Part shown: in pieces, positions 12,674 through 25,169 of the stretch | How the letters are laid out: each line of letters opens with the position of its first letter | How positions within the stretch are numbered: the first letter of the stretch is position 1 | Assembly (NCBI GenBank): GCA_002104905.1 | Contig: MCFE01000052.1 | Span: 1-64,000, forward strand | DNA: 64,000 nucleotides | Source of the DNA: Basidiobolus meristosporus CBS 931.73 | Lineage: Eukaryota; Fungi; Basidiobolomycota | Reading direction: 5' to 3' | Position numbers and translations under genes: made by a program | The notes under the pieces: model-generated | Database searches by the model: none | Told to the model about the DNA's origin: nothing | Seen by the model: the letters and a program-made list of their open reading frames with translations, nothing else

Positions 12674-13361
12674 CTGGGTACCTGGTGATTTGGTGAAACC
12701 ACTACAAGTACATCTTAACAAGGGATTTGACCAGAACTCTGCAATAACTGCAGACAATGATATAAGTGAATAAGTTGGGGAAATAATGAAGTGTAGTTAC
12801 AAAGCTCAAAACAAAGATCATCATTAAGCTTATTACTATATTTGGCAGGATAGATAGTGTATTTGGTTGAACTTATTACTGCTGTATGGGGGCCCACTGC
12901 TGGTCTTGTATAATTCTACCATATCAATATACCAAGTGGTACCTCATTTTCTGCCTCCCCTTATGGTTGTAATGTATTGAACTGTTCATCATGTCTTTGT
13001 ATTGAGGTCTCAACTACTACCATAGGTATTAAACATATTGTTCAACTCAGAAATATTATAGCCTCCTTCTTACCAACCACTCTATAAGTGAACACCTGGT
13101 CCAGTTGATGCACTTCTATTGGCTAAGCTATGCAGCTTTTCAGGGTATAATTGCATAATAGCCTTATGTCCTTAATTGCTAGTGACACATATTTTTTTCA
13201 AATACTTGCTTGGCTACCACTACTCTGACCATAAATATCACATGACCATCCAGTAGGCTCATTGAAATCCTTAGTAAGTGTGAGCCTCCCCCCACTAAGC
13301 TCTGATCCCTCTCAATGGTGTGCTTGTGCTCATATATCTGTGAAAGTTTTGGAGATCTGCA

Positions 13362-14873
13362 ATGACTGAGGAATATCAGGCCCTGATGGAAAATCAAACT
13401 TGGGACTTAGTCAAATTACCAATCAACCAAAAATCAATTGGATGCAGATGGGTCTTCAAGACAAAATACAAGGCTGATGGTACAATTGAAAGATACAAAG
13501 CAAGACTTGTAGCCAAAGGATACTCTCAAACAAAAGGACTTGACTATACTGAGACCTTTGCACCAGTAGCCAAGTTTAATTCCATCAGATTAATATTGGC
13601 TATTGCAGCCAAATATAAGTTTTTTATTCATCAAATGGATGTAAAAACTGCATTTTTGAATGGAGAACTTGATGAGGATGTGTATATGGACCAGCCTGAT
13701 GCATTTGTTGACCAAGATAACCCCCATTTGGTCTGCAAGCTTAAAAAGTCACTATATGGTCTCAAACAATCACCAAGAGCCTGGAATTGCAAGATAGATT
13801 TTTATTTGGAATCTTTGAGTTTCAAAAGAAGTAATGCTGACTATAGTATATACTATAAGCCAGATAGAGCAAACCCAGCTCTATTAGCTCTATATCTGGA
13901 TGATCTTAATATAGCCGCCAATAACCTAAATATATTGGAAGAGACTAAATCCAGCTTATCTAAGGAGTTCAAGATGTCTGATCTAGGAGAACTTAGTTAC
14001 TACTTAGGGATTAAGTTCTCCATAGACAGAAGTACCCAGACTATCACCCTAAGTCAATCCAAGTATATTCAAGATATACTAAAGAAGTACAAAATGGAAG
14101 ACTGTAAACCGGCAGCTACCCCAATGGAGACAAACCTTAACTTGGTGAGAACTCAACCAAATCAAGAGGGCTTGGTGCCATCCAAAAGCCCTGACTTTCC
14201 TTTTCAATCTATGGTTAGCAGTCTGGTGTATAGCATGCTTGGAACACGTCCAGATATCTCATATTCAGTGGGAGTTGTCAGCCAACATAATCAGATCTAT
14301 GGATCTGATCATATTGCAGCAGTTAAGCAGATTTTTAGATACCTAAAAGGAACTGCTGATATCTGCTTAAGATACACTTATAAGGACTCAGAACAAGATC
14401 TTGTGGGATACTCTGATGCAGATTGGGGACAAAATTTAGAAGACAGAAGATCCACCACAGGATACACCTTTCGTTATTGTAAAGGAGCAATTTCATGGAA
14501 TTCAAGAAAGCAACCAACCGTAGCAGTTTCCGCCACAGAGGCAGAGTACATGGCAGCCTGTGAAGCTACAAAAGAAGCAATGTGGTTAAGAAAACTTTTT
14601 ACAGATTTAGGCCTATGTCAAAAAAAGCCTATTACTTTATTTCAAGATAATCAATGATGTATACAATTAAGTAGAAATCCAACTTTTCATGCTAGAACCA
14701 AGCACATAGATATTAGACATCATTTCATACATGAAGCTATAGAGAATAACTTAGTTAGCTTAGTTTACTGTCCTACAGATGAAATGATTGCAGACATATT
14801 TACCAAACCATTAGCTAGAGACAAGTTTGAATATCTTAGGTCAAAATTAGGACTAGTCAGTATGAACATTTAG
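13362..14873 (+). pseudogene. Copia family A reverse transcriptase + RNase H, 5'-truncated, with a premature stop at about 14655
   Basis: QMDVKTAFLNG, YGLKQSPRAW, LYLDD and YSDADWG. After the TGA the frame continues (...HARTKHIDIR...ADIFTKPL). Confidence 0.92.
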
Positions 14874-14884
14874 CTGAGTGGGAG

Positions 14885-15230
14885 TGTTGTAAAAATATGT
14901 ATTTCCACCTAAATATTCGCATAACTTAGTCACTTAGATCATTACCTTCATATCCTAGAGAATACTGACTAAATTCCTTGTCGGGATTTACTTAGAATAT
15001 TTTCACCAAAATACCAGGTACCCAGAACATGAAAATTCTCAAAGTTGACCAAACAGCCCCAAACTTCAACATGTTCTTGGGACCTTCCTTAACCTATTCT
15101 ATGTGTTTGTAATGCCAAGACCAGGTAAAAGTATAAATACTACTTTTACATTCAATAAATCATTAAGTGATAAACACATAATCTACTTGTTCTCCCAATC
15201 ACTTCCAATATCTCCAAGACTCTTACAACA
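14885..15230 (+). mobile_element. Copia family A 3' LTR
   Basis: TGTTG...CAACA, preceded by the polypurine tract GAGTGGGAG. Confidence 0.9.
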
Positions 15231-17843
15231 ATTCTAAGATTCTGCACCTAATTGTCCATTGGGTTCAGTTAAACCATTCAAGCATTTTATTACATGTTTC
15301 TCTTGGATATAACACTTCCAATATCTCCAGCTCTTAAAACAGATAGTTTATATACTCTGGGGCATATAAAATGTATAGAAAGGTACCAAGAGCACTTTGC
15401 AGAGTATTGCCAAATTCTTATTATCTAAGTGCCTGACATTTGGCAACTGTGATTGAGGCAAACCCATAAAAAACACATATAATAGATTAAGGAAGATTCC
15501 AAAAGCATGTGTGCAAAGCTTGGGGCTGTTTGGACAACTTTGAGAATTTTCATGTTCTGGGTATTTGGTATTTTGGTAAATATATTCTAAGTAAATCCCA
15601 ACAAGGAATTTGGGCAGTATTCTCTAGGATTTGAAGGTAATGATATACATGACCAAGTTAGGTTAATATTTAGGTGGAATTACAAATTTTTACAACACTC
15701 CCACTCAGCTAAATTCTCATATTGACTAGTCCTAATTTTGACCTAAGATATTCAAACTTGTCTCTAGCTAATGGTTTGGTAAATATGTCTGCAATCATTT
15801 CATCTGTAGGAGAGTAAACTAAGCTAACTAGGTTACTCTCTATAGCTTCACATATGAAATGATGTCTGATATCTATGTGTTTGGTTCCAGCATGAAAAGT
15901 TGGATTTCTACCTAGTTGTATACTTCCTTGATTATCCTGAAATATAGTAATAGGAGTATTTTGTCATAGGTCTAAATCTGTAAAAAGTTTTCTTAACCAC
16001 ATTGCTTCTTTTGTAGCTTTGCAGGCTGCCATACACTCTGCCTCTATGGTGGAAAGTACTACGGTTGGTTGCTTTCTTGAATTCCATGAAATTGCTCCTT
16101 TACAATAAAGAAAGGTGTATCCTGTGGTGGATCTTCTGTCTTCTAGATTTTGTCCCCAATCAGCATCAGAGTATCCCACAAGATCTTGTTCTGAGTCCTT
16201 ATAAGTGTATCTTAAGCAGATATCAGCAGTTCCTTTTAGGGATCTAAAAATCTGCTTAACTGCTGCAATATGATCAAATCCATAGTTCTGATTATGTTGG
16301 CTGACAACTCCCACTGAATATGAGATATCTGGACGTGCTGCAAGCATGATATACATCAGACTGCCAACCATAGATTGAAAAGGAAAGTCAGGGCTTTCAG
16401 ATGGCACCAAGCTCTCTTGATTTGGTTGAGTTATGACCAAGTAAACATTTGTTTCCATTGGGGTAGCTGCCGGTTTACAGTCTTCCATTTGGTACTTCTT
16501 TAGTATATCTTGAGTATACTTGGATTGGCTTAGGGTGATAGCCTGGGTACTTCTGTCTATGGAGAACTTAATCCCTATGTAGTAATTAAGTTCTCCTAGA
16601 TCAGACATCTTGAACTCCTTAGATAGGCTGGATTTAGTCTCTTCCAATGTATCTAGGTTATTGGCAGTTACAATAAGATCATCCACATATAGAGCTAATA
16701 GAGCTGGGTTTGCTCTATCTGGCTTATAGTATATACTATAATCAGCATTACTCCTTTTGAAACTCAAAGATTCCAAATAAGAATCTATCTTGCAATTCCA
16801 GGCTCTTGGTGAATGTTTGAGGCCATATAGTGACTTTTTAAGCTTGCAGACCAAATGGGGGTTATCTTGGTCAACAAATGCATCAGGCTGGTCCATATAC
16901 ATGTCCTCATCAGGTTCTCCATTCAAAAATGCAGTTTTTACATCCATTTGATGAATAAAAAACTTATATTTGGCTGCAATAGCCAATATTAATCTGATGG
17001 AATTATACTTGGCTACCGATGCAAAGGTCTCAGTATAGTCAAGTCCTTTTGTTTGAGAGTATCCTTTGGCTACAAGTCTTGCTTTGTATCTTTCAATTGT
17101 ACCATCAGCCTTGTATTTTGTTTTGAAGGCCCATCTGTATCCAATTGATTTTTGGTTGATTGATAATTTGACCAGGTCCCAAGTTTGATTTTCCATCAGG
17201 GCCTGATATTCCTCAGTCATTGCAGATCTCCAAAACTTTGTCTGAGGGCTATTTAGGGCATCTTTTAAAGTCTGGGGTTCTTGAATATGGACTGAATAGG
17301 CATAGGCTAAGTTTGTACCCTCATTGATGTAGTAATCTCAGCTATTTCTTGTCCAATTGGATCTCCAGGCATTTGATACTGGAATAATCACTTCTGGGAT
17401 CTTCCTGGGCACTGATTCTGGCTGAACCACAGCTTTAGGGTGCTCTGGAGTGAAAAATTTTCATTGTTGTGCTCTGATGCAATCCTGACAATTGGTGGAC
17501 TTGACATCAAATTTTGGTCATCATCTGAAGTCATTTTTTGTGAAAATTTTGAATTTTCATCAAGCAACACATCCCTGGACTTGATCAGCTTCTTTGCTTT
17601 GGTATTGTAGAGTCTGTATGCCTTACTCTCAAAGCAGTAGCCCAAAAATATGCATTTTACACTTTTTGGCTCAAATTTTGACTGATTTCCGGCCAGTTTT
17701 TTGGCATATGCTGTACACCCTAATATTCTTAGATGTTCTGCACTTGGTCTGTATCCATACCATGCTTCAAGTGGAGTAGAATCACAAAGTATTTTGTTAT
17801 AACTCCTATTTTTAAGGTATACAGCAGTGGCAACTCATTCCAC

Positions 17844-18913
17844 TGTGGTGGTGTATAAGTCCAAGGGAGAGATACATCCAACACTTCTCAAGTGTTTTGT
17901 GTGTGGGGTGTTCACTGGGTGCAATAACCTCTGGCAAAATCTTGCTAGGAATACTTGGGTTCTGTCTTTAATCTAATGTGAAGGGGAATAAAGCCACAAG
18001 CTTGTCAAGGGAAAACTATTGAGCTACAGTCCCCAACTTAGTTGGCATCTTAACAAAAGTATGTGCTGGGTTCAGCGTCCTTTGAGATGACAATGTACTA
18101 AAGCTTCCAAAGTCACAACAACTGTAAACTCCACCAGCAGGGACTTAATAAGAATGCAGCTGTGGTCAATAGTTACAAAGCAGAAAAGTATCATTGCCTG
18201 TACAAGAACAAACTTGGGAAAGAATCAAATATAATAAATGATACCTACTCTGAGTATTCCTCTCAAGTAGTGCCTCCAAGGTCAGTTGGCTGTCAGCGTG
18301 GTTTCCTGGGAGTGTCCTGTGGTCTGGGGTTGGAAGTTCATGTGACAGCAGGTAGCAATGATCACACTAATCAACAAGTTGGAATATTGATAATAGGGAT
18401 GATGATATATTGTTGAGGGATAGCCTCCCTTATATACTTTTCTTACTGGCTAAGTGATTACTAATCATGGTGTTCCAGAAGGTTCCGGATATCAATAGAA
18501 ATCTTAATGACATCAGAATGACCTAAGAATGTTCTAAGTAGGTGCCAGAAGGTTCTAAGAGGCACAGCACATACAACCAATCAGGAATCAGTGTTCTGAA
18601 ACCTGTGTAACATAGGGATACCATATATGGTATGGAAATGATAGGGATGGTGGCATGGGTTGATTATGTGTCATGGGTACTGGCGCGGGCACTTGCCTAA
18701 TATGGAAGCACTTATAGCTAGTAATCTTACATAAAGTGAGGGGTAACTTATGCAATAAGGTAAGCAGGTGTGATAGTCAACCAGCTTATGGGATAATACT
18801 GATTGGGTAAGACAAAAGGGATAAAACTAAAATAAATGTAGTAGAGATATAGGGAAGTAGAAAATAAGGGAATGAGCACATCTGTCAGTGGGTGTCACTG
18901 TCACCCCACTACA
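17844..18913. mobile_element. 1070-bp solo LTR of an otherwise unseen family, inserted in the Copia A integrase
   Basis: TG...CA ends with an imperfect terminal IR (TGTGGTGG / CCCCACTACA). The copia integrase frame (YDFWAESVATAVY) resumes across it. 4-bp TSD derived from GCGG. Confidence 0.8.
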
Positions 18914-20742
18914 CTGCCCAAAAATCATAGGATAATTTTTGATCATGGATCATAGATCTTGCCATATCAATTATTGATCTGTTAGCTCATACTGCTACTC
19001 CATTTTGCTGTGGGGAGTATGGTACAGTAGTCTCTTGCTCTATCCCATGAATTTTGCAGAAGTGGATGAAGAGTTTTGAGGTATATTCTCCACCAATGTA
19101 AGAGCATATTTTCTTGATTTTTTCACCAGTTTCTCTCTCCACCATGGCTTTAAACTCCCTGAACTTGGACAGAGCTTCTTCCTTTCTCTCCATGAAGTAG
19201 ACCAATGTGTATCTTGTGTAATCATCAGTGTAAGTGATTAAATACTTCATCCCACCTAAGGATAAATTTTGCATAGGTCCACACAGATCTGAGTGAATTA
19301 GATCTAATTTTTTCTTAGTTTTGATTAACCCAGAGCTTTTAAATGGTTGTCTGACTTGTTTCCCATATATGCAGGGTTCATAGTGCTCCAAATTAGCTGG
19401 GGGATCAATTTTTACTCCAGAAATTAGCTGATCTATGATCATTTTGCGCAAATAATCAAAATTGATGTGCCCAAATCCCCTGTGCCAAAGCATTGATGTT
19501 TCTTCATTTAAGTTATTTATATTGGCTTCCAAATATGATGGAATATAAAGCAACTTGTATAGATTCTGATCTCTGATGCCCAAAGCAATATGGGCACCAT
19601 TTGATCAGTGATCCTGCATCTAGAATTGTCAAAACTGAAACTGAGTCCTTCTGCTGTGGCCTTGCTTACAGAGAGTAGGTTCTTGGCTATTTCTGATACA
19701 AAGAGTACTGCTTTAAAGGTCAGTGTATGGCTTCATTTACTGCTTCTAAGGTTTACTTGGATAGTTCCTTCTCCCACTGCATCAAGTGTTCTATTGTCAC
19801 CCATGAAAACCTTCTTAATTGGAATTTTTTGATATTGGGTAAAAAGTGCTTTTTGGTGTGTAAAGTGTTGAGATGCTCCAGAGTCAGTATACCACATCTG
19901 AGAATCCTTGTTTGTGGTCATATTTAGTGCAGATATGAATAGTCTATCTTCAGTTGTTGCAGCAATTCCATATTCAGGCTTCTTTTGCTGATTATCTTTC
20001 TTTTTGAGACACCGGTCTGATGTGTGTCCTTTCCTTTGGCAGTAGTTACAAAACAGGTTGCTGTTGCCTTTGTAGGGTCTTGGGTACCTCCTTTGTTGGT
20101 TATCATTGCTTATTAAAGCACTTTCTTCTTCCTTCTTATTGGTGCTTGATTTTCTTAATTCTTCATCCAGGAGCCTTCCATACATGAAATTTAAGGTCAA
20201 ATCTTCAGTTCTGGACTCTAGAGCTGATACAAGGCCCTGAAACTTGTCTGTCAGGCTATTCAGGATGCTAACTATCACATCCTCATCAGTGGTTGGTACG
20301 CCCACAGATTCCATCTCATCTACCAGCAGGGTAATTCTGTTAATTAGATTTTCATATCTTGTCCTGGTAGCATCTTTGTAGTAAAGAGTTTTTGTTGCAG
20401 ATACATTTTCTTAGCAGCTGAACATGACTGGTAGGTGTCTTCTAATGCCTTCCAGGCATTCTTTGCTGTTTTTGCTCTTGAGCATTGAATTAGCAATTTG
20501 TCTTTAACATTAAGGCAAATGCAGATAAAGGCACTTTGTTCTTTCTTCTAGTACTTTAAGGCTTCCTCTCCCATGTTTTTAGGAGGGCATTCTTCTCCCA
20601 TGACAATATCCCAAAGGCCTCTTTCTTGTAGCAGCATCTTCATCTTCACCTTCCACACTTGGTAGTTAGATCCATCCAACTTTTCAGCAGAGGGAAAAAT
20701 TCCAGTAATAGCAGTACTAGACATTGCGGAGAGTGACAGCTT

Positions 20743-20755
20743 GGGGCACATAACC
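20743..20755 (-). promoter_or_regulatory. Copia A primer-binding site, half-tRNA-iMet type (GGTTATGTGCCCC)
   Basis: Directly abuts the 5' LTR. Related copies are at 62632-62644 and 38554-38562. Confidence 0.75.
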
Positions 20756-21585
20756 TGTTTAAGAGTCTTGGAGATATTGGAAGTGATTGGGAGGACAAGT
20801 AGATTATGTGGTTTTCACTTAACAATTTATTGAATGTAAGAGTAGGATTTACACGTTTACCTGGTCTTGGCATTACAAACACGTAGAATAAGTTAAGGAA
20901 GTGTGGTAATGGAATGTATTTCATTACTACAATATCTCTAAATCAATATTGCACTCATTTCTTTATTTTGCTTTTGCTATTGTAACACACAAGTAAAAGA
21001 TCAAGAATTTCCAACTTTGAAGAACAAATGCTCCAGACCCTGACAAGCAATCCACCCAGGAATATCATGTCATACAGAACACATAGTAGCCAGCACCTGT
21101 TTCAAATTACAGCGCATTTGAAGCAGTACTTAAGGAGTTATGACCAAAAGAGTCCAATTATTGTATATACTATGCCTTATTGCTAGGATTACTATGGTGA
21201 CTTTGATTGCTTGTAACATCTGAACCGGCCAATCAAAGCGTGTGAAATTTTCACAGGTGCTGCACCTATGTTCAATCTGTGCCACTGCAAAATTTTAGCT
21301 TTGTATCATGTGTATTGCTTGCGCAATTGCCCAGAAACCTTGATCCTTCAAAACTTTCATATATATGACTTCCCCAGCTGAAAAATAAAGGGAGAGCCTC
21401 TCTTTCCAGAATCTCCACACTACAATTACAAGTTTAAAGGCTATAAGACTTCCCCTGCATCTCTTGCACTGTTGAGTATTCTGACTTTGATTGGTACTAC
21501 ATCAGTAAAGAGACTACAAAGCTCAAAAGAATCCAATCTAAGATCTACAAGAAACTACCACTTTTCTGTTGGAAAAGTCCCCTCT

Positions 21586-21828
21586 AAGAAACCCCTTTAC
21601 TCTAAAGACGCCCCTTTAGACATACCTTTAGTATAAAGACCTCTTTAGAGACCCCTTTAAGAAACCCCTTTACTCTAAAGAAGCCCCTTTAGGCACCCCT
21701 TTAGTGTAAAGTCCACTTTAGAGACCATTACAAGAAGCCCCTTTACCCTAAAGACACCCCTTGAGACACCCCTTTAGGTCTAAAGACCCCTTCAGAGACT
21801 TCTATAACACATCCCTTTAGGTTAAAGG
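21586..21828. repeat. Tandem array of about 3.3 units of 73 bp, built from CCCCTTTA sub-motifs
   Basis: AAGAA(A/G)CCCCTTTAC recurs at 21586, 21659 and 21732 (period 73). Confidence 0.85.
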
Positions 21829-22119
21829 GGAGCTCAGAATTTACATATTTGGAAATATCTTCACAGAAAGGAAAGTGACTTTGAAATAAGGAAAGTTACT
21901 ATAAAAGTAAATAACCCCATTAGTTGACAGAAGGTCAGAACACTGCTGTAGAAGTGATAAACACTGCCTACAGTATATTTTGAGCCTAATATTGAGGAAA
22001 TAGTCAAAGTTATATCTTCTATTGGTATATCAAACGCCAAATAAGCTATTTCAGTATTAGCATACCGGAAGTTGTTGTATATTGTTGATTAGCCTCTACA
22101 TTGTAGAACAAGCCCCAAA

Positions 22120-24190
22120 CTAATCATAATACAACACAACAGAAGGAAGAAGAAAATGCTTTAATAAGCAATGATAACTAATAAAGGAGGTACCCTAGAC
22201 CCTACAAAGGCAACAGCAACCTGTTTTGTAACTACTGCAAAACAAAAGAGCACACATCAGACCAGTGCTTCAAGAAGGGATATAGTCAGCAGAAAAAGCC
22301 TGAATATGGAAATGCTGCAACAACTGAAGATGGACTATTCATATCTGCACTAAATATGACCGCCAAACAAGGATTCCCAGACATGGTATATGGACTCTGG
22401 AGCATCTCAACACTTTATACACCAAAAAGTACTTTTTTCCCAATATCAAGAAATTCCAATTAAGATTTCACAGGTGACAATAGAACACTTGATGCAGTGG
22501 GAGTAGGAGCTATCCAAGCAAACCTTAGAAGCAGTGAAGGAAGCCATACACTGACCTTTGAAGAAGTACTCTGTGTACCAGAAATAGCCAAGAATCTACT
22601 ATCTGTAAGCAAGGCCACTGCAGAAGAACTCAGTTTCAGCTTTGACAATTCTGGATGCAAGATCACTGATCAAAATGATACCCATATTGCTTTTAGTATT
22701 AGAGATCAGAATCTAGACAAGTTACCTTGTATTCCATCATATTTGGAAGCCAATATAAATAACTTAAATGAAGAAGCACCAATGCTTTAGCACAGGAGAT
22801 TTGGACACATCAATTTTGAGTATTTGCGCAGTATAATCAAAGATCAGCTAATTTAGAGCACTGTGAACCCTACATATATCAGAAACAAGCCAGACACCCA
22901 TTTAAGAGCTCTGGGTTAATCAAAACTAAGAAAAAATTAGATCTAATTCACTCAGATCTGTGTGGACCAATGCAAAATTTATCCTTAGGCGGGATGAAGT
23001 ATTTAATCACTTTTATTGATGATTATACAAGATACACATGGGTCTACTTCATGGAGAGAAAGGAAGAAGCTCTGTCTAAGTTCAGGGAGTTTAAAGCCAT
23101 GGTGGAGAGAGAAACTGGTGAAAAAATCAAGAAAATATGCTCTTACATTGGTGGAGAATATACCTCAAAACTCTTCATCCACTTCTGCAAAATTCATGGG
23201 ATAAAGCAAGAGACTGCTGTACCATACTCCCCACAGCAAAATGGAGTAGCAGAACATGATAACAAATCAATAACTGAAGTGGCAAGATTGATGATCCACA
23301 ATCAAAAATTATCCTATGATTTTTGGATGGAATCAGTTGCCACTGCTGTATATCTTAAAATAGGAGCTATAACAGAATACTTTGTGATTCTACTCCATTT
23401 GAAGCATGGTATGGATATAGACCAAATGCAGAACATCTAAGAATACTTGGGTGTACAGCATATGCCACAAATCTGCCTGGAAATCAGTCAAAACTTGAGC
23501 CAAAAAGTGTAAAATGCATATTTTTAGGTTACTGCAATGAGAGTAAAGCATACATACTCTACAATACCAAAGCAAAGAAGCTAATCAAGTCCAAGGATAT
23601 GTTAATATATACCTCAAAACTCTTCATCCACTTCTGCAAAATTCATGGGATAGAGCAAGAGACTACTGTACCATACTCCCCACAGCAAAATGGAGTAGCA
23701 GAATGAGCTAACAGATCAATAATTGATATGGCAAGATCTATGATCCATGATCAAAAATTATCCTATGATTTTTTGGTGGAATCAGTCACTACTGGTGTAT
23801 ACCTTAAAAATAGGAGTTATAACAGAATACCTTGTGATTCTACTCCATTTGAAGCATGGTATGGGTACAGTCCAAGTGCAGAAAATTTAAGAATATTTGG
23901 GTGTACAGCATATGCCAAGAAACTGCCTGGAAATCAGTCAAAATTTGAGACAAAAAGTGTAAAATGCATATTTTTAGGTTACTGCAATGAGAGTAAAGCA
24001 TACATACTCTACAATACCAAAGCAAAGAAGCTAATCAAGTCCAAGGATATGTTGTTTGATGAATATTAAAAATGTTTACAATAACCTGACATCAGATGAT
24101 GACAAAGATCTGATCTCAAGTCCACCAATTGTTAGTATTGAACCAAAGCAAAACAATGAAGATTTTTTCACTCTGGAGGACACTAAAGTT
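22120..24190 (+). pseudogene. Copia family A gag-pol fragment (knuckle, PR, IN) with an internal tandem duplication of about 450 bp
   Basis: Colinear with the reverse complement of 18987-20140. Segment 23157-23603 is repeated at 23606-24053. Confidence 0.85.
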
Positions 24191-24194
24191 AAGT

Positions 24195-25124
24195 AACTCA
24201 AAATGAGGTTGGGTGCAATAAGCAACTAGTTTTTATTAGTGAAACTCTACCAAGGTTTGCCAGACTTCTCTTGGTCACAAGCCAACTTCTACACCATTCA
24301 ATAGAGTATTCACACAAACAAAAGCCAGAGCACACCTATAAGGGGGACTAGAATCCAGTAGGGAAAAGACTATATTGGCTAAATACTAAAGAGTTCTTTG
24401 CAGATATTTGGGAGGTATTCATGGCAGATGTGGCAACAACCAAGCATATGTTTGCAAGATATATGTGTTGCCAGCAGTACAAGTTATATGGTAAATTTGC
24501 AAGTATCACTCTAGAAAGCTGTCAAGTTGAGATGATAAAAGTATGTCAATTGCGCCAGGTGTTGTTTTTGTAGAGGTTAGTAACCTGGAGGCCATAGTTT
24601 TTTTGATTTGAACTATATGTGGAGTACTCAAGGTAGTGGTGATATAGCAAATAAGGAGGGGTGAATCTACAGTGAAATATATGAATTGTACAAGGGGAGG
24701 TTGAACAAGGAAATATCATTTGGTAGATTGTTATGGTAGTGTTATACAGACCCAGTGGTAGACTGTCATACAGCCAATATAATTTCATCAGAGTCTTGCT
24801 GTGAGGCCAACAGAGTAATGTCAAGTTTCTTGCCATATAAGGCAGTTACATATCCTGACCGGATGGATCCACAAAAAATAGTTATAGAGCGCTAAAAGAC
24901 TGCAACAATACCATGAAAATATTGTCACAGCACCAATTAAATCTTGTCAGGTTTTCTCCCTTTATTTAGTTATAAAATTAGCAAAACACCAATGTGATCC
25001 TGTTATAAGATTTTTAGGAGGGTCACTGATTCCAAGCTGCCAGAATTATGATGGTCTCTAAATGAAATCCTGACAGCTGATTTGGATCAGATCCACCCAT
25101 GGGACCAAGTTCTTTTTCATAGGG
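24195..25124 (+). mobile_element. CACTA-like element 3' fragment, including its terminus (...TTTTTCATAGGG)
   Basis: Homologous to the reverse complement of 39249-40170. The same terminus occurs at 39249 and 61675 with different flanks. Confidence 0.75.
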
Positions 25125-25169
25125 TATCCACTACCCTAAGTACTTCTTGCAGGTCTCATTCAACATTCA

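Larger units (their letters stand above)
15466..20901 (-). mobile_element. Near-complete decayed Copia family A element (gag-PR-IN-RT-RH) with both LTRs truncated, interrupted by a solo LTR
   Basis: Partial 5' LTR at 20756-20901 and PBS at 20743-20755. gag 20548-20751 (LDGSNYQVWKVKM), zinc knuckle CNYCQRKGH, PR WYTDSGAS, IN LIHSDLCGP...PQQNGVA, RT 15964-17220 (YVDD). PPT and partial 3' LTR at 15466-15697. Confidence 0.9.

Noticed and set aside
12324-15230. A single full-length copia bounded by the LTRs at 12324 and 14885
   Set aside because: No shared TSD (GTACA vs ATTCT), no PBS, no gag or integrase, and unrelated DNA at 12674-13325.
20940-21560. MULE/SWIM-like remnant (CSTCENF...WP on the minus strand)
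   Set aside because: Too short and interrupted to support an assignment.
21586-21828. CRISPR-like array
   Set aside because: Eukaryotic context, no unique spacers and no cas genes; it is a degenerate tandem repeat.
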